Virus record (IMG/VR): IMGVR_UViG_3300029305_003246
Coordinates: 32,001 to 96,000 of that record
Direction: 5' to 3' (one strand)
Origin: a virus
Lineage: Duplodnaviria; Caudoviricetes
DNA: 64,000 nt
Part shown: positions 47,301 through 58,383 of the stretch, piece by piece
Position numbering within the stretch: the first letter of the stretch is position 1
How the letters are laid out: each line of letters opens with the position of its first letter
Program-made: the position numbers and the translations under genes
The notes under the pieces: generated by a model
What the model was told of the DNA's origin: nothing
What the model saw: only the letters and a program-made list of their open reading frames with translations
Databases searched by the model: none

Positions 47301-50300
47301 AAGAAAATGGATACGTGAAAGAATAATGTATTGTGATACCCTTTTAAAATACCAAGTTTCATCATCTGACTACATTACTCTACGTTCAAGCAAATTAGGA
47401 TATGTTTATTTAGATATCCAAACTTACATTCCGATGTATGTCTCAGTGAAGTGGAGGGACGAGGTAAATAATACAGGTCTACAAACGAAGAGAGTTGGTA
47501 GAGGCGAAACTGTAAGGTTCGAATATAATATGCCTACAGCGACTGACCAAGAGATAATCGTATATGCAGGATACTACTTGAAATCTTTAGGCGATGTATC
47601 TAACTTACAACCGACTTCGATGCTTATAGCTAATGCAAGCCGACTTACTGAAATCGAATGTCATTCTCCTAATCTAATAAATACTGACTTATCCGAGTGT
47701 ACAAAGCTACAAAGTATAGACTTAAGTGATTGTACAGCTTTAGGTACAGGAATAGGAGCTCAGCCTATACTTAACATCCAAAACTGTAAATACCTTAGAA
47801 AATGCGATTGTAGAAATACTCAATTAACAGCTATTTATACTATGCAAGCAGGTGGTAACTTAGAAGAAATATACTATCCAAGTACTATACAGGTTATACA
47901 ATTAACTAACCAAAAGCACTTAAGAATTGCAGGTGTGCCACGTGACGCACACGCACCTAAGGCACTCGCACAGGTAGAAATAACTAACTGTAATAATATA
48001 GAGTATCTACAATATCCTTATACTGAAGGTGAAGAAATAGTATTCGAGTCCTTTAAGTACCTACAAACATTATTAATCGAAAACTCTTTAGATAAATTAA
48101 AAACTATGTCATTTAAAGGATTTAGCAAATTAAAATCTGTTGAGTTAAGTTCTTTATTAAGTCTTGAAGAACTAGACTTCGAAGATATGTTACCTTCTAC
48201 TGACGAACCTACTCTTCAAAATATCTTGATATCTAACTGTCCACGAGTAAAAGATTTATCATTTAAAGTAAGTTCCGACGATTATAAGATAGCCTTTTTA
48301 CCTAATGGCCGAGTTGATATAGGTGGAATGTATTCGTTAGAAAAAATAGAATGTAATACTGATATAATAGGACTAGATACGTTAATTATTCCTACAAGTT
48401 TAAAAGAACTAAGATTTACTGATAAGTTTGGTACAGGTAAAAATGATATTAAGTCGATTTGGTCATCTAGTGCCAATCATACTTCCGATGGTTTCGTTGG
48501 TATGGACTTATTAGATATAAACCTAACTTATTTAGATATGTCTAACTCTACTATAGAACGAGGTATAAACTTCCATATATCTCCTATTGACCAACATCCG
48601 AATTTAAACACTAACAGGGACGGAATAAAAGTACCATATTTCATTCCAGAAGGTAGTATGGATTTAACTAACTACGAAGGTGACGTTGAATACTTATATA
48701 AAGGACTTGATTTTAGCAAGTTAAAAATAACTACACCACCGAATGTTAATACTTTTATACATTCTATTACAGGATTATTTGAAGGAGCTAAATTCTCTAA
48801 AAGTATTATTGACGTTAATAAAGAGTTAGCAAAATATCCGAATGTATCTAATTGGAGCAACTTGTTTAAGAACTCAGTATCTGATTTAGAGCCATCTGAC
48901 GTTAATATTCCTATCGATAGACCTATGGTTTTAACAAGTATGTTTGAGAATACTTCGGTTACACAAGATATTGAAATTCCTTCTAATGTAATAAATGTAG
49001 ATAGTATGTTTAAGAATTGTAAGTCTATGAAAAAGTACAAGGACAACTGGGATAAAACATTCGATTCTAAAATATCTCATATTGATACTTATAAAGATAC
49101 AGGCAATGATAAAATAGTTCCATTATCTTGGGGTGGCCAAGGATATGTTACTAAATATATAAGTGAAATAGCCATCGAAATACCTTATAATAACTACGAA
49201 TTTACTTTAACTGATTACCCAGAGTTCCATATAGTTGGGGATAGAATAATTAGTTGGGGTGACGGTACTGAAGAAATTCTTACTGATAGTTATACTCATA
49301 CTTATAGCAAAAGAGGAAAATATATAATCTCAGGTAACTTCTTACTAGGTAACAATTATGAACCTTCTGCATCTATGAAAGAATGCTTAACAGAGGTTCG
49401 TTCATTAGCTAAAGTTAATCCAAATCTATCGTATGCATTCATGGGTTGCTCAGCCTTAAAATATCTAGATTGTGATACTTCCCACGTGACTTCTTTAGCT
49501 TATGCATTTTATCAATGCTCTACTCTAACAGAGTTAGATTTAAGTATGTGGAAAGTTGATAATGTTACTAGCTTATATTATACATTCCATTCATGTTCAG
49601 CTCTAGAAAAACTTGATTTAACAGGATGGAATATTAAAAATGTTAATACTATGCGAAATACATTCTATGGATGTGTATCATTAACATCTTTAGATATAGG
49701 TCACTGGGATGTGAGCAAAGTTAAGAGTATGTATTATACGTTCTACAATTGTAAGTCCTTAAAGAGACTTGATTTAAGTAAGTGGGATACTAGACTTGTT
49801 GAAGATATTAGAGCATGTTTCCAAAACTGTGAGTCTTTAGTTGAATTGAATGTATCTGACTGGAAGTTGGATAATATTACAAGTCTATTCTATACATTCG
49901 CAGGATGTTCATCTCTTACATCTCTTGATTTATCTACTTGGGATATAACTAATGTCGAAACTTTACAAGGATTATTCTATAACTGTATCTCATTAAGAAA
50001 TATTCCAATAGAAGATTGGAATTTAGTTAATGTTAAGAGCTTGTATTATACATTCTATAGATGCCTTGGCTTAACCGAGTTAGATTTATCAAGATGGGTG
50101 GTTGACAATGTTAATAGTTTACGTTCAACATTCTATGGTTGTAGTAATTTAGTTACTTTAAATATAGGAAATTGGAATACAGGAAATGTGACGACACTTC
50201 GTTCTACTTTCCAAAACTGTAATGCTTTGGAAAATTTAGATGTTTCCGAGTGGAACGTAAGTCAAGTTGAAGATTTACTTTATACGTTCTATAATTGCGA

Positions 50301-51138
50301 ATCTTTAACTGAATTAAATGTGAACGAGTGGAAAGTCAATAATGTTAAAGAATTACATTATACATTCGCAGGTTGTTCTGCATTAACTACTTTAGATTTA
50401 AATAATTGGAATATTGAAAATGTTGAAAGTATAAACTACACATTCTATGATTGCAAATCTTTATTAAGTTTAAATATAGCATCTTGGAATACAAGCAAAG
50501 TTACTACTCTACAAGGAGCATTCTATAACTGTATTAATCTAATCGACTTAGATGTTTCCGAATGGGATACTCGACAAGTTATAAGTCTATATTATACATT
50601 TGCAGGTTGTTCTGCATTGACAAGTATTGACTTAAGAAAATGGGATATAGGAAATGTTAATACATTATACTATACATTCTCTAGTTGTTCATCTTTAGTA
50701 AATCTTGATTTATCAACTTGGGACGTGACTAATGTTGAAACTATAGCATATACATTCTATGCATGTACAAACTTAACTAATCTTAATATTTATAATTGGA
50801 ATATAAATAGAGTAGCATCTACAGCATATTGTTTCTATAATTGCAAGAAATTAGAGTCTTTAGATTTATCAACTTGGGATTTAGACGATACTGAACTTGC
50901 TCAAGATATGCTTTATGGATGCGAAAGTCTTACAAATATTGAGCCACCATCTAACTTAATGGTATCTCATGGATTATCTACTTCAATTTTATTATCTAAA
51001 GAAAACATACTTCGTTGGATTAACAAGTTACCTTCAGTGAATACTGAAGTAATATTAACTTTAGGTCAAACATTACGAAATAAACTTACTGATGAAGAGT
51101 TATTAGTTGCTATTAATAAAGGATGGTCGATAATATGA
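44320..51138 (+). CDS. Giant multidomain tail-region protein: Ig-like, LamG, CotH-like kinase domain, LRRs, PKD, BspA/DUF285 repeats
   Basis: IKDVRVYNRVLSDDEI (LamG); GFP...GIYNFN, DSLGKN, YDADTSIG.DN (CotH-like); WGDGTEE..THTY (PKD); C-terminal ~26-aa W.V..V..L..TF..C..L..LD repeats. Confidence 0.75.
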   Translation: MIFVGVIRKRNPETGEWEVYGSSDAKDINLVDVGDNFKTKNVEGALREISTQISEAKASLEAYNNILTEHSTDIQWLKLYGGSGGGSSPTITSTFKDCIVSREEDVKIPIFFSSPNLGEGTAYVLIDNVEVMSVTGIKQGNNTINIGKLTNLNNEISIYVKDRTNALSNQLTWNVIAGGIDLEVTFDDTSDYFITDIIAMQFNISSASDEPILMHLTVDYDTYEVVCNQGFNEYIFENLGVGIHKISFYFTSGPYSTSVTNYNIIVVSSNSLYISSTFINGTAFKYGIPVPVQYRISKNSSEVFTVNMFIDGTLSKTVECTPGTYYWTINNLEVGTHDLTIEVSGANDETQVLDFSVVIEVSDYIPLKVETGGLLYRLSAKGRTNQDSDRELPIDNSGNNVITTLHNFNFYTNGWIDDELVCDGNAYVEIDLKPWENNALYGSTIEVQFTGLDIGLSDARIFDYTDVDDPYKGIFIDLENSKMKSLANTGEITLDKDEETTLTFVIDRANKFGKIYIDGICSRAFSLSDTGSGTNAVREDFTHSQKIYLNSKKGLSNFGACKIKDVRVYNRVLSDDEIVKNYISQVSDLAKQEELYNFNFHNTSLPTIRMYGDMTNMTLETPVSMRIKYTSPNEDKYGMSFDLPFCQVNWQGTSSLQYVLKNFTARLKDESLNTFEYTPYPNGILEDVYCFKCDYMESTHSRNVGIAKFVNDCVYDTKNPMQVKDPNIRNAVNGFPCILYINDELQGIYNFNLDRYSTKSFGYVDENSTLVYEVSANSDTTAGAFFSWSEGSGKTELDYYKSDFECLYPPTRAAGNDNMSELIRLIQWVDNSSDEDFKDNFGNYFNLEYVLRYYLTVLVFGLVDSLGKNMKLTSFDRGLTWMPQVYDADTSIGLDNTGFLKFDADIEMGDQNVFNTTGSRLWQRVVFLFQAELQEQYALMRQDRFTVDNIMKYLYGEQISQIPATYYNKDMQSKYLNFGSSYLYALHGSGEKHIRKWIRERIMYCDTLLKYQVSSSDYITLRSSKLGYVYLDIQTYIPMYVSVKWRDEVNNTGLQTKRVGRGETVRFEYNMPTATDQEIIVYAGYYLKSLGDVSNLQPTSMLIANASRLTEIECHSPNLINTDLSECTKLQSIDLSDCTALGTGIGAQPILNIQNCKYLRKCDCRNTQLTAIYTMQAGGNLEEIYYPSTIQVIQLTNQKHLRIAGVPRDAHAPKALAQVEITNCNNIEYLQYPYTEGEEIVFESFKYLQTLLIENSLDKLKTMSFKGFSKLKSVELSSLLSLEELDFEDMLPSTDEPTLQNILISNCPRVKDLSFKVSSDDYKIAFLPNGRVDIGGMYSLEKIECNTDIIGLDTLIIPTSLKELRFTDKFGTGKNDIKSIWSSSANHTSDGFVGMDLLDINLTYLDMSNSTIERGINFHISPIDQHPNLNTNRDGIKVPYFIPEGSMDLTNYEGDVEYLYKGLDFSKLKITTPPNVNTFIHSITGLFEGAKFSKSIIDVNKELAKYPNVSNWSNLFKNSVSDLEPSDVNIPIDRPMVLTSMFENTSVTQDIEIPSNVINVDSMFKNCKSMKKYKDNWDKTFDSKISHIDTYKDTGNDKIVPLSWGGQGYVTKYISEIAIEIPYNNYEFTLTDYPEFHIVGDRIISWGDGTEEILTDSYTHTYSKRGKYIISGNFLLGNNYEPSASMKECLTEVRSLAKVNPNLSYAFMGCSALKYLDCDTSHVTSLAYAFYQCSTLTELDLSMWKVDNVTSLYYTFHSCSALEKLDLTGWNIKNVNTMRNTFYGCVSLTSLDIGHWDVSKVKSMYYTFYNCKSLKRLDLSKWDTRLVEDIRACFQNCESLVELNVSDWKLDNITSLFYTFAGCSSLTSLDLSTWDITNVETLQGLFYNCISLRNIPIEDWNLVNVKSLYYTFYRCLGLTELDLSRWVVDNVNSLRSTFYGCSNLVTLNIGNWNTGNVTTLRSTFQNCNALENLDVSEWNVSQVEDLLYTFYNCESLTELNVNEWKVNNVKELHYTFAGCSALTTLDLNNWNIENVESINYTFYDCKSLLSLNIASWNTSKVTTLQGAFYNCINLIDLDVSEWDTRQVISLYYTFAGCSALTSIDLRKWDIGNVNTLYYTFSSCSSLVNLDLSTWDVTNVETIAYTFYACTNLTNLNIYNWNINRVASTAYCFYNCKKLESLDLSTWDLDDTELAQDMLYGCESLTNIEPPSNLMVSHGLSTSILLSKENILRWINKLPSVNTEVILTLGQTLRNKLTDEELLVAINKGWSII

Positions 51139-51407
51139 TAATAACTGAACAAGGAGGTTTGAGGGTGCTAACACCATCCTCAAACCGTTACCTAATAAGG
51201 GTAAAAGGAACTGATACTTATACTGATAAAGTGTATTTAGGAAAAAACGGTAAAATAAGTAATTATGAAGAAGTTGATAAACTAACTCTAGATGGATATG
51301 ATGTATATGATTTACTACAAGAAGATATTAATAAAATAAGAGATAACTATGATAGAATAATAGTAGAGCAGGCACTACAAATAGCATTAATACAACTAAC
51401 TCTATAA
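51135..51407 (+). CDS. Hypothetical tail-associated protein
   Basis: In-frame ATG overlapping the upstream stop. Confidence 0.65.
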   Translation: MIITEQGGLRVLTPSSNRYLIRVKGTDTYTDKVYLGKNGKISNYEEVDKLTLDGYDVYDLLQEDINKIRDNYDRIIVEQALQIALIQLTL

Positions 51408-51418
51408 GGAGGGGTAAG

Positions 51419-51565
51419 ATGATTTATTCTGTACTATTAAGATGTATTGAAAGGGAAAATTATCAAAACAAAGAGGATTTCAAAGAAACTATTGCAATTC
51501 TCTTTGCTAATGGTCAATTAACTAAAGAGGAGTATGAAGAGTTAATACAATTAATAGGAGGTTAA
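51419..51565 (+). CDS. XkdX-like small protein
   Basis: RBS AAGGAGG; FANGQLTKEEYEELI; not in ORF track. Confidence 0.6.
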   Translation: MIYSVLLRCIERENYQNKEDFKETIAILFANGQLTKEEYEELIQLIGG

Positions 51566-51567
51566 AT

Positions 51568-51762
51568 ATGAAATGTGATTGTTGCAAAGAAAATATTCAG
51601 TTCAATCCAAACGAAGAATCCGTTCCTATTAACATAATAATGATTAATACTTTATTATATCAATTTTGTTCTAAGAAATGTTATGAAGAATTTATTAAGA
51701 GAATAACGTATGAAGCAAATATGGATAAAGCAGGTCATATCTCTATTAAAGGAGGTGAATAA
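51568..51762 (+). CDS. Small Cys-rich protein
   Basis: CDCC...FCSKKC. Confidence 0.6.
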   Translation: MKCDCCKENIQFNPNEESVPINIIMINTLLYQFCSKKCYEEFIKRITYEANMDKAGHISIKGGE

Positions 51763-51763
51763 C

Positions 51764-51913
51764 ATGAAAGAGGTATTTAATGAAATCTTTGGTATGTTAA
51801 AAGAATTAGGAAATGCATTATGTGAAGCAGTTAAAGAAGGTGTGAAAACTTTCAACGAGGAAATAAAAAAGTTAAAAGAAGATATAAAAGAAAGAGATAA
51901 TAAGGAGGAGTAA
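51764..51913 (+). CDS. Small hypothetical protein
   Basis: Start behind AAGGAGGTG. Confidence 0.55.
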   Translation: MKEVFNEIFGMLKELGNALCEAVKEGVKTFNEEIKKLKEDIKERDNKEE

Positions 51914-51917
51914 ATCT

Positions 51918-52154
51918 ATGGTATTACCTACTGATAATGAAAGTAATTTAAGTTCATTCCTACATCCCATAGAGCAAAAAGTTAGAGGACGATATTTACA
52001 GTTAGTAGATAAGCATGGTGTTGGTAAGTGGGCATTTGATGAGCTTGAGTGGGAAATATATGTTAAAAATATAGATGCATACGAAGCCTTATCCGATGAA
52101 GAAAAAATAATCTTAAATAATTACATGTTTGCTTTTAGAAGTTTATACAAATAG
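51918..52154 (+). CDS. Hypothetical protein
   Basis: RBS. Confidence 0.65.
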   Translation: MVLPTDNESNLSSFLHPIEQKVRGRYLQLVDKHGVGKWAFDELEWEIYVKNIDAYEALSDEEKIILNNYMFAFRSLYK

Positions 52155-52212
52155 GCGAAATCTAGCCATCAACCTCACTTGGTATATATTATACTGAGGA
52201 GGTTGTTATTTT

Positions 52213-52512
52213 ATGAATGAAGAAAAAACTCAAGAGCTTTTACTTCAGCTGATAAGGGATATGTCGTATGTAAAAGCTAAATTAGATAACATAGACGAAC
52301 AGAAAATATCAAGTAGAGTCGATGCATTAGAGGCTCAATGCAAAGAACATGATAGAATAATTAAGGCTTTAGAGAATAGAGCCAATACCATGGAACAATT
52401 TACTAGAAATAACATGGTGGATGCTAAAAAGCAACAAACTTCAGTATTTATATCTATGGGACTTGCAGTATTCTCAGGAATTATAAGTCTTTTATTAACG
52501 TTTTTAAAATAA
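52213..52512 (+). CDS. XhlA-like lysis protein (coiled coil + C-terminal TM)
   Basis: Architecture and position before the endolysin. Confidence 0.6.
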   Translation: MNEEKTQELLLQLIRDMSYVKAKLDNIDEQKISSRVDALEAQCKEHDRIIKALENRANTMEQFTRNNMVDAKKQQTSVFISMGLAVFSGIISLLLTFLK

Positions 52513-52534
52513 TTTTCAAAGAGGTGATAGTACA

Positions 52535-53317
52535 ATGATGAACTACAAATTAACTGAGGCTAGAATAGGTTCAGCTCAAGTTATAGTTGATATACTTCCA
52601 AAAGGCAAAGTCATTCCTAATACTTCTATTAAACCGACTAGTATAACTATCCATAACACTGGTAATATAGGAGCTCCAGCTAGTAACAACCATAAATATA
52701 TGGCTAATCTTAACAAGAATGGTGGCCGTACAGCAAGTTGGCATTTTACTGTTGACGATAAATTTATTTACCAAGCAGTCCCTACTAATATGAAGGCATG
52801 GCATGCAGGTACAGCAGCAGGAAATAATTCTTCTATAGGTATCGAAATATGTATGTTTAACGATGCCGAACGTCAGAAACAATGTTATCTAAATGCAATA
52901 GCACTTGTAAAAATTTTAATGAGTTATCATGGATTTACTACAAGTAAAGTTAAAAGACACAAAGATTGGTCAGGTAAAGATTGTCCTACATGGCTAATCA
53001 GTGGAAAATTCGGATATACTTGGAATTGGTTTATACAATCTTGCAGTGGCACATCCGTTCCTAATGTAACCACAACTAAACAAAACACGTCAAAATCTGT
53101 TCCAAATGGTGCTTTAAATAAAAAGGGTAAGGTCACAGCATCCTCTTTAAATGTTAGAAAAGGTAGACCAGGTTCGAAAGAATATAATACTATCTTAAAA
53201 TCACTTCCAAAAGGAACTATAGTAACAGTCAGCTATGTTTTGGATGGTTGGGGTTCTATTTACATTACAGGTGCCAACCCAGGATTTATTTCTCTTCAGT
53301 ATATTGAATTTATTTAA
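52535..53317 (+). CDS. Endolysin: Amidase_2 + SH3b
   Basis: ITIHNTGN, ASWHFTVDD, AWHAG, SIGIEIC, HKDWSGKDCP; VTASSLNVRKG. Confidence 0.92.
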   Translation: MMNYKLTEARIGSAQVIVDILPKGKVIPNTSIKPTSITIHNTGNIGAPASNNHKYMANLNKNGGRTASWHFTVDDKFIYQAVPTNMKAWHAGTAAGNNSSIGIEICMFNDAERQKQCYLNAIALVKILMSYHGFTTSKVKRHKDWSGKDCPTWLISGKFGYTWNWFIQSCSGTSVPNVTTTKQNTSKSVPNGALNKKGKVTASSLNVRKGRPGSKEYNTILKSLPKGTIVTVSYVLDGWGSIYITGANPGFISLQYIEFI

Positions 53318-53343
53318 GAGTAGAACCTAGGTTCTACTCTTTA
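53316..53343 (+). terminator. Rho-independent terminator
   Basis: aagagtagaac-ctag-gttctactctt. Confidence 0.75.
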
Positions 53344-53374
53344 TTTTTATATCAAGTCATTCAAATTATAGGAG

Positions 53375-53842
53375 ATGATTAATATGAAAAAGAAAGCTAA
53401 GAAAAGAAGGAAAATAAATTGGAGTAAAAGATTGAGCAATAAAGTATTCTTAATGTCTTTAGTATCTACGATATTACTATTGATTACTCAATTAAATTTA
53501 TTCCCTATACCAGAAAATCTTGAGGCAATTATAAATTCTGTACTTACCTTATTGGCACTAGGTGGAGTACTTGTTGACCCAACTACTGATGGAATGTGGG
53601 ATAGCGATATGGGATTATCTGATGAAACTTCTTATGAACACGATTCTATTATGTTTGAAAATGCAGGACGTAGATTAGCATCTTTGGATGGATTAACTGA
53701 TAAATTAGACGAAATTGGAATATCTGAATATTTTAATTATGAAGAGTATGGCCGACAACAACTTACTAATGAAATGACTTCTTATTCTGCTTACCCAGCT
53801 GATTCTTCGTATTCTCACGAAGATAATGAACCTTTAGGATAG
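53375..53842 (+). CDS. Holin (phi LC3-like) with acidic C-terminal extension
   Basis: INW..RL.NK.F, two TMs, G.LVDPTT.G..DS. Confidence 0.8.
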   Translation: MINMKKKAKKRRKINWSKRLSNKVFLMSLVSTILLLITQLNLFPIPENLEAIINSVLTLLALGGVLVDPTTDGMWDSDMGLSDETSYEHDSIMFENAGRRLASLDGLTDKLDEIGISEYFNYEEYGRQQLTNEMTSYSAYPADSSYSHEDNEPLG

Positions 53843-54370
53843 GTGATAATTATGCTTTTTAATATGGATTCGATGTATGACGCCAGTAAAAAGTTATTTG
53901 ATTATTTAACTAAATATTTTAGATATAATGCCTTTTTAATAGATGAAATTCCTACTGAATTAGTTCAAGAACTTGGTAGGGCTATACAAGCAAACGATAG
54001 GATTAAGTCTGTACAATTATACTTAAAGATAGACGCACGCATGGACGCGATACGTGATGAACATTGTTATAATAATCCTTCACTTCCTTTTAAAAGTTCG
54101 TTCAGGAATATAGCAAAAGATGCCTTTAGGGAGCTCAAAGATTCTTGGTTAATCTACAATGATGATTTCAAATATATAGCGAGAATACTTCGCTTTATAA
54201 GTACGAGCGACTATTATGCAATAAGAGAGTTTTTAATCAAGCGAAGTCATACAATGTATAATTACTGGGATATTCCCCTAGACCCAGATGATTTTTATTG
54301 TGGATATATTCCTTTAGAGGCCATTTTAGATTATTGTTTGAAGATGATTCGAGTTCAGCTTAAAGAATAA
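53843..54370 (+). CDS. Hypothetical protein
   Basis: ORF track. Confidence 0.65.
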   Translation: MIIMLFNMDSMYDASKKLFDYLTKYFRYNAFLIDEIPTELVQELGRAIQANDRIKSVQLYLKIDARMDAIRDEHCYNNPSLPFKSSFRNIAKDAFRELKDSWLIYNDDFKYIARILRFISTSDYYAIREFLIKRSHTMYNYWDIPLDPDDFYCGYIPLEAILDYCLKMIRVQLKE

Positions 54371-54413
54371 ATTCGTTCTTATAATTACAAATAATATTAA
54401 GGAGGTAATTCCT

Positions 54414-54767
54414 ATGGCTATAAAAAGAGAAGATGTTATGAAATTAGATAAAAATTTAATGCATTCACTTGATTTTGACGACTCTTTATGTTTAGCATTT
54501 CAAAATGTAAGGGAAGCGATGCCTAGATTATTAAACGAATTATCTTTAGAATGGCAACTTACTTCTATGACTGAGGATGAATTAGATATTAAAACTCAAA
54601 GAATAGTTGGCATGATGTTCAGAAGATTAACTTCTGTAATAAAATATTATTTAGATGAAGAATATATAGGTGTTTACGAAGCAAATTATAATTATCTAGA
54701 ATCTAAATACTGCGAAGCTTTGTATGACACTATTTTTACAGAAACTTATAATTTAAGGGAGTATTAA
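54414..54767 (+). CDS. Hypothetical protein
   Basis: Promoter B (54353-54377) plus RBS. Confidence 0.7.
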   Translation: MAIKREDVMKLDKNLMHSLDFDDSLCLAFQNVREAMPRLLNELSLEWQLTSMTEDELDIKTQRIVGMMFRRLTSVIKYYLDEEYIGVYEANYNYLESKYCEALYDTIFTETYNLREY

Positions 54768-55015
54768 GAATATTTGAAGAGGAGGAGTGAAAATGAAAGT
54801 TAGATGTATAGAGGCAGTATCAGTATTACTTGAGGAAGGTAAGGTTTACAATGCAGTTCTTATACAAAATAACTTTGTTCTATTAGAGGATTTTCCTTTC
54901 AACCATTTTAATATGAAATACTTTGAATTATTGTAATTTTAAGAAGGTTGGTCATTTTGTATATCACAAGTGACCAACTTTTTTATGGTCAATTTCTAAA
55001 GAAAGGAGTAGATTT

Positions 55016-55875
55016 ATGGATAAAAAATATATGCTTGAACTTGATTTGGTTGTAGGTTTATTCAATCCTAAAATGCGATTCAACCAAGGCGATAAAGATA
55101 CTTCGGATTTTTATATAAAACTTACTAAAAATGGTGAAGTTATTGAAAATCTAAATAGAGCTATGGTCACTTTAGTAGCAATCAAACCCGACAAATCGGT
55201 TGAGGCTCAATTTATTGAGGTAAATAATGGCTTAATATATGCCGATTTAAAACGTTGTATGAGAGACCAAGTTGGTATCTATAGAGCTAGAGCGATGATA
55301 ATCGTTGAAGGTGAATCTATAATGACGGATATGATAAAATATCAAGTAGATGACGATGGTTATATAGATGACCCAGATGATAATGTTAATGATAGTATTG
55401 CTTTAGGTAAACTAGAAGAACTTCTTAAAAAGATAGAAGCGATAGAAACTTCGTCTAAAGAACGTTTAGAGTTGTTTGATTCTCAATTAGATTTACTTAA
55501 TACACGCCAAGACTTATTCGACGAACGTTTATCTATGCTTAATGATAAAGTAAACAATCTAAAGCCAGGAACAGGCTCAAGTGGAAGTTCTCATACACAT
55601 TCTAATAAACATGTATTAGACCAAATTACTCAAGAACTTATAGATGCCATTGGTTCTGCTCAAGTTGATTTAAGTGCTTATCAAACGAAGCGAGATACTA
55701 AGTTAGCAACTGACGATAAATCGATAGTCGGTGCTATAAATGAAGTTTATAAGAGGTTAGATGATTATATAAATCGCTCTTATGATTCTGAAAGCGAAGA
55801 ATTAATGATTTCTGAATTTAGCGAGTTAATATATAATCCAGACGACGAAAGTCTAGAGATAGGAGGTCTTAATTA

Positions 55876-55876
<1 letters not shown>
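55016..55876 (+). CDS. BppU-family baseplate upper-like protein
   Basis: FNQGDKDT..FYIKL, KPD; HTHSNK and LATDDKSIVGAINEV fibre motifs. Confidence 0.7.
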
Positions 55877-57123
<1,247 letters not shown>

Positions 57124-57188
57124 AATTGTTATATTCATAGAGAGTGTTCAATTAGAACACTCTAGTATTTAGCAAAGGAGGTTTGTAA

Positions 57189-58337
57189 ATGAGCAATAAT
57201 TACTTCGGTAAGGGTATACCATTGGCATCAGGTTTTGACCTTGGAGCTAAAGCACCTTTGGATTCTCGTATAAAGGTTAAAACTATTGCAGAAAGGGATG
57301 CCCACGTAACTAATAACCGAGCATACGAAGGTATGCGAGTTTTCGTTATTGACGAAGGCAAAGAGTATAGATATAACGGTTCTGAATGGGAGTTTATGCC
57401 TTCTGAATCTGATGTACAACTTATGATTGCCGAAGCTCAATTTAGTGGTGGCGATATAGATTTAAGCAACTTAGCAACTAAAGACGAGCTAGATGAAAAA
57501 GCGAACTTATCTGATATTCCTACAAAAGTCAGTGATTTAGAAAACGATTTAAACTATCTAGTTAAGGAAGAAGGAAAATCTCTACTAGATGATACTGAAA
57601 TCGAACGTTTAGCGACTCTAGAAAATTATGATGATACTGACCTTAGAAATGAATTAAATAGCAAAGTAGATTTAAGCTATGTACAACAAAACTTTGCAGA
57701 TAAGTCCTTCGAGCACGAGCATGATAACTTAGTAGATTTAAATTCTATTACATCTGAAAGAATTGAATCTTGGGATAATAAATCTGATTTTGATGGTAAT
57801 TATAGCAGTTTAATTGGTGCACCTTCTATACCAAACAAAGTTAGTGAATTATCAAATGATTTGAGTTTCATAACTGAGGAAGTTCTAAATTCAAAGGGTT
57901 ACTTAACTGAGCATCAAGACTTATCTCATTTGGCTACTAAAGAGGAGTTACATTCTCATTCTAATTATGAGGTATTAAACTCAATTACCCTTGAAAAATT
58001 ATCTGAATGGGATAGTAAGTCCGACTTTGATGGAAGCTATACTTCTTTAACTAACAAGCCAGAAATTCCTTCAAAAGTTAGTAACCTTGAAAATGACTTA
58101 AGTTTTGCAACTGAGGCATTTGTTCAAAATAAAATCGCCGAGGCTCAATTAGACCAAGGTGGCGAAGTAGACTTAAGTGGCCTAGCAACTAAAGATGAGT
58201 TAAATGCTAAAATGGATAAATTTGATTTATCTATATATGCAACTCAAGAATACGTTGAGGAACGTATAAATAATCACGACCATAATATTATATCAAACAA
58301 TGAAGTCGACTCTTTCGTTGACGATTTATTTTTATAA
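57189..58337 (+). CDS. Tail fibre-like protein
   Basis: IP.KVS.L.ND and FDG.Y.SL repeats; N-terminus shared with 41204..41929. Confidence 0.7.
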   Translation: MSNNYFGKGIPLASGFDLGAKAPLDSRIKVKTIAERDAHVTNNRAYEGMRVFVIDEGKEYRYNGSEWEFMPSESDVQLMIAEAQFSGGDIDLSNLATKDELDEKANLSDIPTKVSDLENDLNYLVKEEGKSLLDDTEIERLATLENYDDTDLRNELNSKVDLSYVQQNFADKSFEHEHDNLVDLNSITSERIESWDNKSDFDGNYSSLIGAPSIPNKVSELSNDLSFITEEVLNSKGYLTEHQDLSHLATKEELHSHSNYEVLNSITLEKLSEWDSKSDFDGSYTSLTNKPEIPSKVSNLENDLSFATEAFVQNKIAEAQLDQGGEVDLSGLATKDELNAKMDKFDLSIYATQEYVEERINNHDHNIISNNEVDSFVDDLFL

Positions 58338-58383
58338 TTCTAAATCATATAGAAAACTAATATAGAAAGGTGATGTTTAAATA

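Noticed and set aside
49400-51000. Diversity-generating retroelement target in the BspA or RCC1 repeats
   Set aside because: No reverse transcriptase and no template/variable repeat pair differing only at adenines was seen in this window.
1207-54377. GTTCA/GTTCAA motifs as tRNA T-loops
   Set aside because: No cloverleaf or acceptor stems; the fixed distance to CGTT fits a promoter.
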